From the NCBI RefSeq assembly GCF_964204865.1, contig NC_135256.1, forward strand, positions 6,696,001-6,760,000: a stretch of DNA of 64,000 nt, given 5' to 3'. The notes below the pieces were generated by a model, which saw only the letters and a program-made list of their open reading frames with translations, had not been told where the DNA came from and did no database searches. The DNA is from Styela clava. Lineage: Eukaryota. Each line of letters opens with the position of its first letter. Position 1 is the stretch's first letter. Of this stretch, positions 11,509-24,756 are shown piece by piece. Position numbers and translations under genes: made by a program.

Positions 11509-14234
11509 CCGCCGCCAATTGTAGACCTTACAGAGAACAACAACAGAAGAAATAGAAAGGACACAACAACATTCACAGAATCCTTAACATCGAAAACAGT
11601 AAGCAAAAGAACAGACGTTGAAAAGAAAAAATAACTGTGAGTGGACTTATTTAATTTCGGCCCCTGATAACCAAATTTCTCTGCTCTCTCATATCGGAAC
11701 CTTTGCACAATTCGGCTTCTAAAAACCCTTGTATAAAACGCCCAGTTGACGGCGTAAAACCCCAACAAATCAGAAAATACCATCACACATATAAGTGGAT
11801 GTGATGACAGGAAGCTTACCACTTTTACGTGGTATATAGTATATACTATATACAATGGTGATCTCTATTGAAGAGAAATGATCCATAAAAATTTCGTCGG
11901 CATAGACTGGGTATGAAGGCATTTGGGCTGGATTCCAGACTTGTCGTCCTGATCCGTAAATCCAAATATATATATATATATCGTGGACTGTCTCATCCCA
12001 TGGGAGTCCCATTGAAATCCAATTCAATAAAAAATGTTGAACCCAAGGTTAGCGTTTACTACATGTACAAAGAGACATGCAAATCGACCAAATTTATTGA
12101 CTTTGTTAACTTTAAAGATTCAGAAATATTAAATAACTATCAAGAGGGCTATCTATGATCAAATATATGAACACAATGTCCATAACGAATTGTTCTACCA
12201 TCAATTCCCCGAAAATCATACGGTATCCCGAACGGCCACGGTAACTTCTTAGTACCTGTATCAGGGTACCGGTAACCGTGCGCGGACTGTCTTAGGTTTT
12301 CCAGGTCCTGTGAATATGATCTATGATACATGATTCAGTTTTAAAATCATGTCCCTACTAGTGAAAAATAATACAGCAAAATTTTTGATGAAATATCACA
12401 TCATAAGATTCATAGAAAATTAGGAATAAATTTAAAAAAAATAGAAGCTTCAATCACCGAAAATTTCATTTCATTGATCCAGTAATTAAATAGAAGAGCA
12501 ATTTTTTTTATAACGATAAGAAGAAAAACTCTGACAACAAGAACAAGAGCAACAATAGGAACAACAACATCATAAAAAAGGCCCATACGAACGTCCTGTC
12601 ATGTTAAAACCGCACCGGTAAAAACATAATGATAATTTTGTTGACACACAAAACGTAATCTGATATAAAAATCGAATACTCAAACATTTCGTGTTGAATG
12701 GGAAATACAAATGTGTGCTGTCCCATTGCCACGGACAAGCCTGACTATACTTTAAGTGGGGATGTGCCTGTGTCGTAAAATTCAGGTCATCTTTCCTGAT
12801 CCCCTTTTATGATCACAGTAGTAAAATTAAATTTCAGTTAATTAGTGTACTAATTAAATGATGGTGGGAAGGACAGAATTAACTAACAATTTAGGAATGT
12901 CCATGCTGTGTAACTTTGGTCGATAGCGTTATATAGTTGCGAATGTTGATACTGAAATAATAAAACAGTACATTAGAATGAACTCTTTTACACTAAGTCC
13001 ACTTTAGTTCAAAGTGCTATCGTCCTCAATACTGACGGTAGTAAATTTTCAAAGCATTATATATATAGATCAAACATATGATCAAGCTTAAATTACAATT
13101 CTAAATCAGCGCACAAGTTGGATTTTTCAATACCGTCATTTCCGTTTATTGATTAGACGTTACTGAGACACATTGTCAAGCAAAATTTCCAATAATTTTT
13201 TTCAAATACTAATCGAATTAAATGTCATTTTAGTATTGGAAGCCAAGAATGTCCTACTAAGAATTTATCATCTAATGGTGTTTAGCCTTGGGGTTTATTC
13301 AATTGAGGAGGTTCTTTTGATTTATTTTTCCAATCGCAAAAAATGTTTTTGTATCGAGCAGTTACAATCATTAGACTATTTAACGATAAAAAATAGGACG
13401 CTTAATCATACGTTAACCCTGACTTAAGTGATATTCATTGGCGTATACAGAGTATACCTCAGGTATTCAGTGATTGGAGTAAAAAACGTCTTTTTTATCA
13501 GTGTCCTATGAAAGGCCTTGCTCACGATTAATGGCAACGAGACAAGCTGGTGCATCTATCTACCATCCAGCCACTATTTGAAAGTAGATGGAGATCTTTT
13601 CAAAAACTTTGTTCAAAGATAAATAGTCAAAAATAATAAACAAAACGCCTTGAGTTCTACTTCAGGTTTTCGATTAGGAATAGAAAAATAAAGATAAAGA
13701 TTAAGTGTAGATATCTAGAATGCATTTTGCTACTAGGGCACTAACGATCTCTCAAAACTCTTTTTTTTTTAAATTCAAATTGTAGTTTCGAAATGTTGCT
13801 TTGAGCGAAAATGAATATATAGACATGAATAAATCAAGGTCGCATCTTGAAAGTGAAAATATAAATGTTGTCAATGATTCAAGAAAATGCTCAGCTCATG
13901 TTATATTTATCTACATAATACTATCTCAGTCAAGCATCCTTGTGGCAACTAACACATACGAAGTAGAAATTAAACAAGGAGGAAGGACAGTTTTATATAC
14001 AATCCCCTGGTATACCCAACATTTAGATACATGTTTATAAATATTGTATTGTATTGTATTTGAGGTGATTTACTTAAACAAAGCAATTCCGATATCTTAA
14101 GGAAATATTCATCATTTTATTTTTTCTTCAAGCTGTTCAACAAAAATCACAGTCTAAGTAAATAGCGACATTGATAAATAGTGAAAAATATACAAATTGC
14201 ATTTAGCATTGAATGCGTAGTTTTTCAACTAAAG

Positions 14235-15179
14235 ATGGATGGTGAATATGAATTAATCAAACAAATTAGCTATCTCTGTGTGAATTCGATATCGACGGTT
14301 TTTCTTCTCTACATCACTATCTGTCAAATAGTCATCTTTATCAGGAAACGTTTGTACAGAAAAAGACTTCGAAGCGTAAAGGAAGTTTTAAAACCTTCAA
14401 ATATACCTCTCGTTATGAATGCCATTCTCATCATTTCAGGGATCTTTGGTATTTCGTTGAGTGCTTGTCTGAGTGCGGTGAATGTTAGTAAAGTGATTTA
14501 TTGGAAATGTTTCGTCAAATTCAAAAAAGATTATATGGAGAATGAAACGGAAATTTCTGTCATTAAAAAATGTTTTGTCAATTATGGTGATCATATGACT
14601 AAGTTATTTTCAGCCGGTCAGTTTTTCTACATGTTCTTGATAACATTCATATACATGTTGCTGTGGTTACGACAAACGATGTTCAACACGGAGCCAACTT
14701 TAAAACGACTTTCATCAAAATATTTGAACATTTTCAGTTATTTTCAAGGATGTTTCATTATATTATCCGGCGTGATACTGGGGATATCATGGATGTACTA
14801 TCTGCGTTATGCCGATCCTTTTACATTTATCTTTCTCAGCATTCAGCTCGAGATACAGATTGCCGTCCTCATTCTCTTTTTAGTTCCGTTAATCAAACAC
14901 CAACGAAGCCTGAAATTTCTTTATCAAAATCCAAAACCTCCTGATCGTCTCATACGACTGATGAAACGTTCTACTGCAGCAACGATTGTTGCTATGGTAA
15001 CAGACATAGCAACAATCGTAGTGTTCCAAATAGCTTCCGAATATTTGATGTCGATTAATGCTCTCCTAAATATGTGTTGCGTTATATTCTGCTTCGCCGA
15101 TTGGAGAGAAAAGTTCATTCCATGTCTTGTATTATGCACAAATGATAAAGCGGAAGCCGAACAAGTTGATGCAAAATAA
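14235..15179 (+). CDS. Orphan 7TM (GPCR-like) membrane protein, subfamily A copy 1 (~314 aa), single coding exon
   Basis: Long ORF (track starts at GTG 14181; first ATG 14235 aligns with paralog starts). Seven hydrophobic segments, basic loops after TM1/TM3/TM5. Clear paralogy to 18952-19956 and 26343-27353. Confidence 0.85.
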   Translation: MDGEYELIKQISYLCVNSISTVFLLYITICQIVIFIRKRLYRKRLRSVKEVLKPSNIPLVMNAILIISGIFGISLSACLSAVNVSKVIYWKCFVKFKKDYMENETEISVIKKCFVNYGDHMTKLFSAGQFFYMFLITFIYMLLWLRQTMFNTEPTLKRLSSKYLNIFSYFQGCFIILSGVILGISWMYYLRYADPFTFIFLSIQLEIQIAVLILFLVPLIKHQRSLKFLYQNPKPPDRLIRLMKRSTAATIVAMVTDIATIVVFQIASEYLMSINALLNMCCVIFCFADWREKFIPCLVLCTNDKAEAEQVDAK

Positions 15180-16461
15180 ACGAGAAGATGCAAAATAAAC
15201 TGTATATATACCAACAATTTTTTCGGGACTCGATGGTTGAAGTGTAATGTCGCACCAGTTAAGATGTATTTTACTTAAAGCCGTTTTCACAAGTTAACGC
15301 CTAAATTATATTAATTTGGGTGATCGTTACCAACCTTGAAATATTCGTACCTGTCAGACTCATGGAAGCTCCAAATTCAGGTGGACTTTTCACGACAGGA
15401 CTTTTCAAGGAATTACGATGTAAAACAAAAATATCTTCTGCTATTTGTTATTTATTCATTCACACAATTTATTTCTGAATATTGAAGCGATTAGTTTTTT
15501 TTTATCTAAGTTATATATCGTTTTGCTAAATATTTGTTGGAAACGGAGTGGTCCATATATAAAACGTTTTGCTAAATTCGGGCTGTTGTCGAATAAACTT
15601 TCTCCGAAACTAATAGATTAATTGATGTTCAATTTTAGCATTTAATTGTTGAAGCCGCTAGAAGCCTATTATTATTTTTATTTTTAAAAAAGTACACGTT
15701 TCGTGTTTAATTCTATTTATCGTGACGGCCTTCTTCACAATTTGCTTGTATTGGTTGTTGAGAGTAAGGACGCCCGTTTTAATGTTCCCTTCCCGGACTC
15801 CTTTCATTTGTTCAGAGTTTGTCGATGTTTTAAATGAAAATACAGTGGCCGATCTTTACTAGTTTCGCCGAAATCCGGCCTAAGTTTTACGCGTGATCAG
15901 TGGAAGATATTTCAGTACTATGACGGTTAATTTCCTGACTAAGGCCAAAAAATGTTCATACCAGAAACTAAAATAAACACGTAAAATCGTGACACAGTTG
16001 ATTGCATTGTAATGTAGGCGCAATGATAACCGTGTTCATTTTCGAAAACTAGAATTACCGTACAGAATGAAAACTTTGGAATCTTAGACAGGTTTCCTGC
16101 GTCAAGGTGTCATTGTTAGCAAGTTTTATGACTTTTATGCCATTGAAAATGGCGAAACAGGTTATTGTATGTGATTAGCATTTGTCGAGTTATAAAACGT
16201 ATCAGGACAATCCACGCCGATGATTTACTAAACAATAAAAAGGCGAAAGAGGTAAATCTAGAGCTCAGTATTCCAAAAACATATTGATTTACTCTAAATC
16301 GTCCCGACTGGATTCGAAACAGAGAACAGGAATGAAATCGTATTATTATAACGCCCAGCGGATGCAGTATATAATATCTAACTCCATGGTTTTCAACTTT
16401 CTTACCCTGGGGGACAGGTACGCGGACGGTAACAAATATTGAAATACATAAAACACAATAT

Positions 16462-17570
16462 AAGCCGTTAGACGCCCAGCATGGATCTCCGCCGATGCTT
16501 GAGGCTACAGGAACTGCCAGTTAATTTTGAGCGCTGTGCGTCTTGCCGGTATTCTTGCTCGAACGATATGCTGCGGATAATATTTAAAACATGATCACTA
16601 AAATTCCCAAGGCTTGCCCAGTTCATCGACTATCGACATGAAAGACGGTTTGTTCGGACGCGTATTCTCATCCGCGGAAGATAGTTATTTCGGAATTTTA
16701 ATATTCGACTTAGTGAAGTAGAAAATGGCAAAATATCATGGGAAAACTGGGAAAAATTTTAAGGATTGGCGCGTTTTTTAGCTGCTATCATGGAAGTAAA
16801 ATATCAGTCCTGAATTTGGGTAACAACGCATAGTATTAGGAAGACAGGATAACCCACGTGAGAAATTTCATTCAGATCTGTGCAACCGTTTGGACGCTAC
16901 AGCTGGACAAACAGACAGACAGACATACAAGCTTCATTACTTTATAACTATTACAAGCCGGTAGGCGTCCAGGATCTTCGCTTAAAGTGAGGCTCGCACT
17001 CAAGCAACCGGTTGCCATCAATAGAAATTTGAGGATCTCTAACGGGGCGCGATTCGGTGAGTGAGCGGGTTGGCAAATAGGTAAGTTCATTTAAACCCTG
17101 CGCCTTTCGTAGACATACTCGCGTGACTGATATACGGTACCTAAAAATTGAAAAAAAAATAACGTTCGCAAAAATCCCTAAGGCTTCCCCAGTTTATGGA
17201 GTATTGAGACAAATGACAATTTGTTGAACAGAGTATTTTCCCGTGCGGAAGGTAGCAATCTTGGAATTTCAATTTTCAACTTGGTTGGCGTGAAAACGGC
17301 GATAAGTTGTGGAATTTTCTAATGATCGGCGCATTTTCGCTGTTGTCATGAAAACCAATTTTTCAATCCGGACTCCCGATAAAACGCACACTCCTAGGTT
17401 AATAGAAGAGCCCACATGAGGAATTTCTCATAGATAGGCCCAGCCGTTTAGACGCTACAGATCGACACACAGACAGACAGACAGACAGAACGACCGATAA
17501 TAAGGATCTCCTGAAGCGGAGATCCAACAGAGCGACTGAGAACAGGCTCTCCTATAGCGGAGATCCAATA
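16462..17570 (+). mobile_element. Two tandem Helentron-associated (HINE/DINE-1-like) units
   Basis: Units ~16462-16950 and ~16955-17525 share AAGCCG.TAG.CG.CCAG starts, AAAAT.CC.AAGGCTT.CCCAGTT and CCGTTT.GACGCTACAG..(CAGA)n; terminal hairpin GGATCTCC-TGAAGC-GGAGATCC at 17504-17525 with a degenerate copy after it. Confidence 0.65.
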
Positions 17571-17601
17571 ACCTGTGTTCGAGTAATATACTTCAACATA
17601 C

Positions 17602-17603
<2 letters not shown>

Positions 17604-17635
<32 letters not shown>
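17604..17635. repeat. (CA)n microsatellite
   Basis: About 16 CA units. Confidence 0.95.
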
Positions 17636-17639
<4 letters not shown>

Positions 17640-18951
17640 TTCCAAACAATTCAATCCAACAGTCAATTAGACTCAAATTTACACTTTTACCTCCACGTGG
17701 ACGACAAACACAGAGTGCAGCAACAAATGTGGAACAAATAATATTCTTATCCGTTGGGTATTTTGAAATTTGACGCACATAGCAGAGCAATTTAGGAATG
17801 AAATACAACACATTTCAAATTTTTGCTTTTTGTTGTTGTCTAAATACGATAAAACTCATGTAACTGATGCGGAATTAAACAAGTCTTTGCATATTCTCAG
17901 ATTTTTAAGTTGGAGATTAAATAATGAATTTACAAAACTCTTTTGCGACATATTTAGAAAAGTTTAATTGCTCGTCGGTCAAGACGAGTAATTCGTTGGG
18001 CAATCAACACCATATTTTTCAAATATGTCAAACAACAACGGAAACAAAATTGTTTAATAAAACACAACGTAACTTCGTCTTTTCGGTAACAAGTCGGTTA
18101 CATCAGCGAAAAACTGCACCGATCCGCGGAACAGCCGTTGGGAACCGCTGCTCTAGGTATTATTCTAGGTCAAGCTGTATCTTTTCGCTTTAGCCAAGCC
18201 CTTTGCTGTTTTCATGGCGCAATGAACTTATTTTAGTAAAGTCGGGGTCTGTAAAGAAATCATTAGCCTAACTGACAATTGAGAAGCGCCTGGATTTTTT
18301 GTGTTAGCTTTATTTAATTAGTCAAAAACAAAAACGTTTTGTACAGCGAGAAAAGATATTTCGAAAACTATAGATAATATATTTTCTAGATCAGAAGAAA
18401 ATACGTAGTAATTGTTTCCCGAGGTTACAGCATCCTCACTCTGAGCTTGTTAGTTGCAGCATAACGTAGTCACCACCGTGCTGTGCTACGAGCAAAACAG
18501 AATATTTCAATCTATTCTAGAATACATAAATCGAATCCAGAATTTTTATTTTCTTGATGATCTAGTGATTTAAATAGCTGTCGCTAATACTAGTATTGAA
18601 AAGATCAATATTTCTAAACCAACATTTCGCCAATAATTGAGCACGAAAATTAATGTCCCATTGTTGCCCCCTTTGCAGCGTTGTAGAAAGATAGCAACTG
18701 GTTTAGAGTGGTGACTCAATTAATCTTTTACAACTCTACAAGCCCCAGATATTTATTGATATATGTATTCATAACAGATTTTTCCGTGAAATCCTGAGTG
18801 TTTTGAACTTGAATGGGAATATTTGTTTAAACTTTTTGTTTTGTCTTTTGACAGAAAATCAGAAATCGCATACTTTGAGGAAATCAACTTTTAATAACAT
18901 ATCACTATACAAATTGAAATCAACTGCGAATGAAGATTTTGTTAATTTAAC

Positions 18952-19956
18952 ATGGCCGAGAAAAATGAACTAAACATAGAAATTGGGTATCTTTGTGCGA
19001 ATTCGATATCGACGGTATTGCTTCTCTACATCACTATCTGTCAAATGATCATCTTTATCAGAAAACGTTTGTACAAGACAAGAATTCGAAGCGTAAAAGA
19101 TGTCTTGAAGCCTTCAAATATACAACTCCCCATGAATGTTACGCTCGTCGTTTCAGGGATCTTTGGTATTTCATTGAGTGCTTGCTTGACTGCGGTGAAT
19201 ATCGATAAAGTGACTTTCTATAATTGTTTTATGAAACTCCATAAAGATGAAATGGACATTGAAATGCAAATTTCTAGCGGGTTGGAACTAAATAGTGAAT
19301 TCGAAAAATGTCATGACCGCACTGACTTGTCCAAGTTATATTTAACCGCACATCTATTGTACACGTGCTTGATAACATCTGTCTACATGGTTCTGTGGTT
19401 TCGACAAACGATGTTTAATACGGAGCCAACTTTAAAGCGACTTTCGTCTAAATATTTAAGAATCTTCAGTTATTTCCAAGGATGCTTTATTATAATAACA
19501 GGCCTGTTAATGGGAATAATATGGATATACCATCTAGCAAATATGGACTACTATGAAGATTTAGGAATCCTCACTTACGTCTTTTTGAGCATTCAGCTTG
19601 AGATACAGATTGCAATCCTCATTCTCTTTTTAGTTCCGTTAATAAAGCACCAACGACGCCAAAAATTTCTACATCAAAATCAAAAACCTCCTGATCGTCT
19701 CATACGACTGATGAAACGTTGCACTGCAGCAACAATTGTTGCTATGGTAACAGACATAGCAACAATCGTAGTATTTCAAATCGCGTTTGAATATTTGATG
19801 TCGATTAATGCTTTTATAAATATATGTTGCGTCCTATTCTGCTATGCCGACTGGAGAGAAAAATTCTTTCCATGTCTTGTATTATGTAAAAATGATAAAG
19901 CGAAAGCCGAACAAGTTACCCCGGGCAATGATAATAGACGTGAAAATGCAATTTAA
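18952..19956 (+). CDS. Orphan 7TM (GPCR-like) membrane protein, subfamily A copy 2 (334 aa)
   Basis: Intact ATG-TAA ORF with seven hydrophobic segments; shares WxRQTMFNTEPTLKRLSSKYL, LFLVPLIKH and CxADWREKFxPC with its paralogs. Confidence 0.87.
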   Translation: MAEKNELNIEIGYLCANSISTVLLLYITICQMIIFIRKRLYKTRIRSVKDVLKPSNIQLPMNVTLVVSGIFGISLSACLTAVNIDKVTFYNCFMKLHKDEMDIEMQISSGLELNSEFEKCHDRTDLSKLYLTAHLLYTCLITSVYMVLWFRQTMFNTEPTLKRLSSKYLRIFSYFQGCFIIITGLLMGIIWIYHLANMDYYEDLGILTYVFLSIQLEIQIAILILFLVPLIKHQRRQKFLHQNQKPPDRLIRLMKRCTAATIVAMVTDIATIVVFQIAFEYLMSINAFINICCVLFCYADWREKFFPCLVLCKNDKAKAEQVTPGNDNRRENAI

Positions 19957-20935
19957 GCCAAAACAGTATTTATTGTTGGGGTTTTGTTGTTAAAGCCTCA
20001 AGCCTGAAATTAATGACATCTCAGTTCAGAGATATCTTGTTCATACCCGTTATCACAATTCGTCTAAGTCAACATTTCCCAAGCAGGGAGAAATCCCTCC
20101 CCAGTGAAGACTGATATATAGAAATTACTCTGTATTCAATGTCATTTTGCTGATTTTGTTATTTTTATTGTTTTCCAGTATGACTGTTAACTTAATAATA
20201 CATGTTTATGCTCATATGATAAGCTGTTCAAACTATGCAGAATTTGGAGTGCTCATAACACTAGCTAGGGATTGAACAATGAGGGGAAAACAAAGTTCTA
20301 TGCATATAGTGAGGGAGGAACAAAGATATCCAACATAGGCACAGGGAGAAATTCTGATAATATATCTTAACCAAAATTGCTAAATTCTTACGTCCCATAT
20401 TTATAACCAACTTCAATGGAGATGCTCGTCCATCCCTGTTCAGTACAAATGTACCAACTGGTGCAGATATTAGAAATGGCCCATGATCATCATACCAGTC
20501 ATTTTCTCCAACGATTATCTCTGTTTGAGACGAAATTTCATTTCTTCACTCTAATAAGTCACCGTACTTCAATATTTTTGGTGAACCATGAGTAAGCATC
20601 AGTCTGTGAGGTAAACAAAGCTTTACTGCCATTTCCGCCGAGCGATGGCAGCCCTATGGTGTGTACTGTGTAGTCATTAGATACTCGCTATTCATTCGGA
20701 TATTGATTCATCAACTTAGTTCGATGATTACATCGAAATTGGTGAGAACCTATGTGTACCAGAATATAAGAGAGTAGAGGTACATACAAGAATATTTGCT
20801 TTGTCAACTCCATAAACAGTCATCGTAATATTAATAACGTATAAGTAATAAATTATTCTGGTATGGAAATGGGAGAGTGATATAGGGCCAGTGCTTTAAG
20901 GCGTTGGAATGTCGGCTTATTTTTAGACTTTAGAT

Positions 20936-21208
20936 CAAGGGTGGGCAAGGTTTTAGGACCAGGGGCCAACAATTTTGCCTAACTAGACTGGCGGGTCATG
21001 TAAGTGTGACGTAAAAAGTTACATTACAGGAACAATATTTACAGTGTTACAAAAGCAAAAGTGGAAAACAATAAGCTTCGTGCAATAACTAAATTTAATC
21101 CCAATCCCATCGAATAAAATAACAAAATTCGGTTTCAGTTTGGGAGCATCAGGCTGCATTACCCAACGGGCCAGATTTGACCATCCGGCCGTAGTCTGCC
21201 CCTGTCAG
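20936..21208. mobile_element. hAT MITE (family shared with 40260-40547)
   Basis: Perfect TSD CTTTAGAT; internal CATGTAAGTGTGACGTAAAA.GTTACA shared with the second copy. Confidence 0.85.
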
Positions 21209-22293
21209 CTTTAGATGATTGAAGCAAATGGGTAACGTGGACCGCATTTTTACATACATACATATATTTTCTTAAATGACGGAACCTGTCGTTGGTACGT
21301 TCAATACAGAAGAGAACCCGTTCTTAAAATTCCCATCACTAGATACAACCATACGGTCATTAGAGTTCACACTCACTTTATTCACTATTTCAAATCACTG
21401 AATGAAAACAAAATGCATTCTAGAATCTAGAATCCACATTTATTATTACTTGTGAAATACGCTCGCAGTAATCAGATTTGAAAGCTCTATTAAATTTGGA
21501 AGTTGGGATCCTCCAATAGCAACTACCACGTATGTGGCCTGCTTCAGCCCGGCCTGATTGCTCTAATTGTCTAATTTCCTATTGCTAATTAATAATTACT
21601 GAACCAATTGCTTTAAAATTTGATTGGTGGAAGATTCTTGTTGTCGCAAGAATGCTATTATTTTTGTGAATCTTTGAGATTCGTTTTTCACTCTGAAGTT
21701 TTGTGTAACGTCATCAAAATAAGATATTGCCCAACGCGTTAGGCGATCGTTATTCATGGATCTGATGGTCAGCGAATTTAGGTAACTATTAACCATGCAT
21801 TACGATATTTCATATTGGCAATTGATTGATTTTAGCACTGGGTATGGCCTCAAATAAAAGTTCATTCTCTAAATAATATTGCAACAAACTATAAGCAATC
21901 AAATTATATCAGATATTTGTTTGGTGCGAAGATATGAAAACATCGTATAAAAACCATGACCCTGACAATCACCATTTTTGTACTGAACAAGAATGGACAA
22001 GCATATCTCGCGTAGTTGCTTATAATTGTGATTTGTGGGACGTACGAGTTCATTAAGTTAGGTCAGTGGTTTTCAACCCTTTTTATGTCACGGCACACTA
22101 TTGAGCTATTTAAATATTTGCGGCACACCTATCACAAAACAGGAACATTTTCTACTCTTGAAGCCATTTAGCTATAAAATAATAAAAAACATAGAAGATC
22201 AGATAAGGGAAATTCTATTATTGTTAATATAACATATTCTGTATTAAAAATGGATGGTTAATAGTTACCGATATTATAACTGTTTCCTTAGAA

Positions 22294-23412
22294 CAGGGGT
22301 GGCCAACCTTTCACATACCATGCGCCACGTTTTAAACAAAATGTTTCAGATGCGCCGTAAATCTCTTGTATTCCCACGCCTAATGTCCGCTTCTTGTTGA
22401 AATTATATAAATTTATAATACACACACATATATACACACGTATATGTAGTTTTTACAATTTACAACTTCACATGAATAGAAATTAAGCAAGGAAGTATAA
22501 TAAATAAAACTGATCAATTTTATTTAAGTACCGCCTTTATGAGACTTTTGCTGCTGTTTTACTTTCGCCGGTTTTTTTATTCTTGGAGTTAAGTTTGTTA
22601 CTGAGAGGAGCAGTGCATTCTTCAAATTTAAATCTGTAAGTCCTGACCTCGCTTTGCTTTTAATTAGTTCCATGGCAGAAAATGTTTGTTCACATCTATA
22701 TGTCGTTCCGAAACGACATATAAAACCCTGGGCAAATTTTCTCAGTTCTTTAGTATCAATATCTCCTCTACTCTACTCTACCCTCGATTCTAATTGGCCT
22801 TTGCTAATCAGCTGTTTGGCCCAGCGTCGCGTGATTTTACTCCAGGCTTCTTCGAGATTAGTACTTGCGTCACAGCAAGCGATTTTACGCTTCGCTTTTG
22901 TTGACAACGGTCATTTGAAGTTTGGATGAAAAAGGTGGAATTTAGGGGTCATTTTCAGCATGTTGTGGGTTGATTCATAAGAAATTTTTTAGGCTTGGGC
23001 AATTCAACTGGTTGTTCAATGGTTATTGGGAGATATTTGGGAAGTCTGGGCAATGGAAAATCCATGTTTCAAGCTGATAAATGACGATTTTCTATTTTCT
23101 TTTCACTTCAGTAGGAAAAAAATAGTAAATTTTACTAATTTTTGCTAAAAGTCTAGAATGAATGTCGTAAAGTCCGTCCAAAAGCTAACGTCAATAATCG
23201 CCTGCTGTTTCTAATTCCAACAAGCCGTAAGTGGAGAATAGATTTTAGGTACAATCAAAAGTCACCATGTAAATCGCAAAAAAACGGCTTGGCGTGGAGA
23301 AGCCAAGTGCAAATAACAATTTTGGCATGAAAAGGGTGAAGGATGCAATGCGCCACCTCTAATCATGCAATGCGCCACGTTTGGCGCATGCGCCATAAGT
23401 TGGCCACCCCTG
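22294..23412 (-). mobile_element. Nested hAT (Buster/SPIN) deletion derivative retaining the transposase C-terminal dimerisation region
   Basis: TIRs CAGGGGTGGCCAAC / GTTGGCCACCCCTG; perfect TSD CCTTAGAA; minus strand ~22750-22615 reads ELRKFAQGFICRFGTTYRCEQTFSAMELIKSKARSGLTD. Confidence 0.9.
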
Positions 23413-23808
23413 CCTTAGAATAATGTACACGAGACCCACCTCACATTATTGTAAGAGATGCGCGGCCGTACGAGTAATACGTGACGCGATACGCTTTTGT
23501 TTTTCTCGCCCCTCCCCTGGGTGTAACCTTATTATTACCAAAAGTATTATCACTTTTTCACAACTTAATTCATTTTTTGTTACAATTCAATGTTTCTCCC
23601 ATTGCCAAATTCATTCAACGGTGCAATTGTTAGCGAAAGAAATAAAAGAGGCAAATAAACCGTGTTTCATCACAGCAATTAATTATTATCGCTAAAAACA
23701 CTGAATAGGTTCAAAGTTGTTATAAACAATTTTACCGTAGAACGAATTTTTTCACGTTATGAATTTTGTGCAAGGCCCGAGCATAATTTGATGGCAAAGA
23801 TCGTAGCA

Positions 23809-24756
23809 CAGGGTGGTCCAAACTGCGGCCCCCGGACACATTCCGTGCGTCCCACGAAATAATTTTAGCGTTCACTTGGCAGATATTTGTATTTATTAGC
23901 AGAACATTTTCGAGTTATTTTTGAACCATTCCAACTGGGAATATCCCATTTCCTAATCTTGATGTCGGGATTAATGTTTGTTAAAATCACGGAATTTTAA
24001 TATTGTATCTATAAGCATTAAGACGGCGCCAATATGACACCCTTTGATCGGCACCAGGAAAATGGTTTGTCTTGTGCAAACAGGACCAAGCCGATGAGCT
24101 AAGTCGCGCTTAAACTTCGAACTTTAAGCTCGAGTTTAGTAAATTCTCATTTGGAGAGACGTTGTGTGCCTTTAGTTTAGTAAAACACTCCTCTATTTTC
24201 ATTAGTTGGCTATGTTGACAGCAGTGACGAACCGCGGATCTGACTTGGCGCCGCGCGATCCAGTTTGTTTTAGCTGTGTCCGGAGTCCCAACTTAGACGG
24301 ACTTGGTTGTTCGCACCTGGCCTGCTCACGCTACAAGTAATAAAATTAGCCAAATATAACAATGCATCATACAATCAGTGTGAAAAAAGGTGACCGAGGT
24401 AAACTAAGAGAAAAGGTATTTTCTTGCCCACAACGACCTTAAACCTCATTGCCTGGTGTGTTTTCAAGTAATATCTGTCACGAAAGAATATAATATTAAG
24501 ACATCACAAAACCAAACCCGAGAAAACATACCGAACATACTACGGTATTTCTCGGCAAGCAATTTTAAAATAACTAAAGGCTTTATATATCCTCCTAAAA
24601 AAACTGATTAGAACGATAAAATCTCATTCTTGAATATATTTGAAGTGAGTAAATTTGCGATGTTTTGATCACTTTTGGGTTTTCTCCGACTGCGGCCCGT
24701 GAGACATTTTTAAAAAATTTTGCGGCCCGCCAACCTCGCAACCTTTGACCACCCTG
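23809..24756. mobile_element. Second nested hAT MITE
   Basis: Termini CAGGGTGGTCCAAA / TTTGACCACCCTG with subterminal GCGGCCC motifs; TSD not preserved. Confidence 0.65.

Noticed and set aside
11412-11855. 147-aa minus-strand ORF and the many other 60-120 aa ORFs in the track
   Set aside because: No recognisable motifs, often overlapping repeats or antisense to real exons; expected by chance.
14181-14234. N-terminal extensions in the ORF track (14181, 34026, 45199)
   Set aside because: Non-ATG or non-conserved upstream starts; paralog alignment supports ATGs at 14235, 34122 and 45220.
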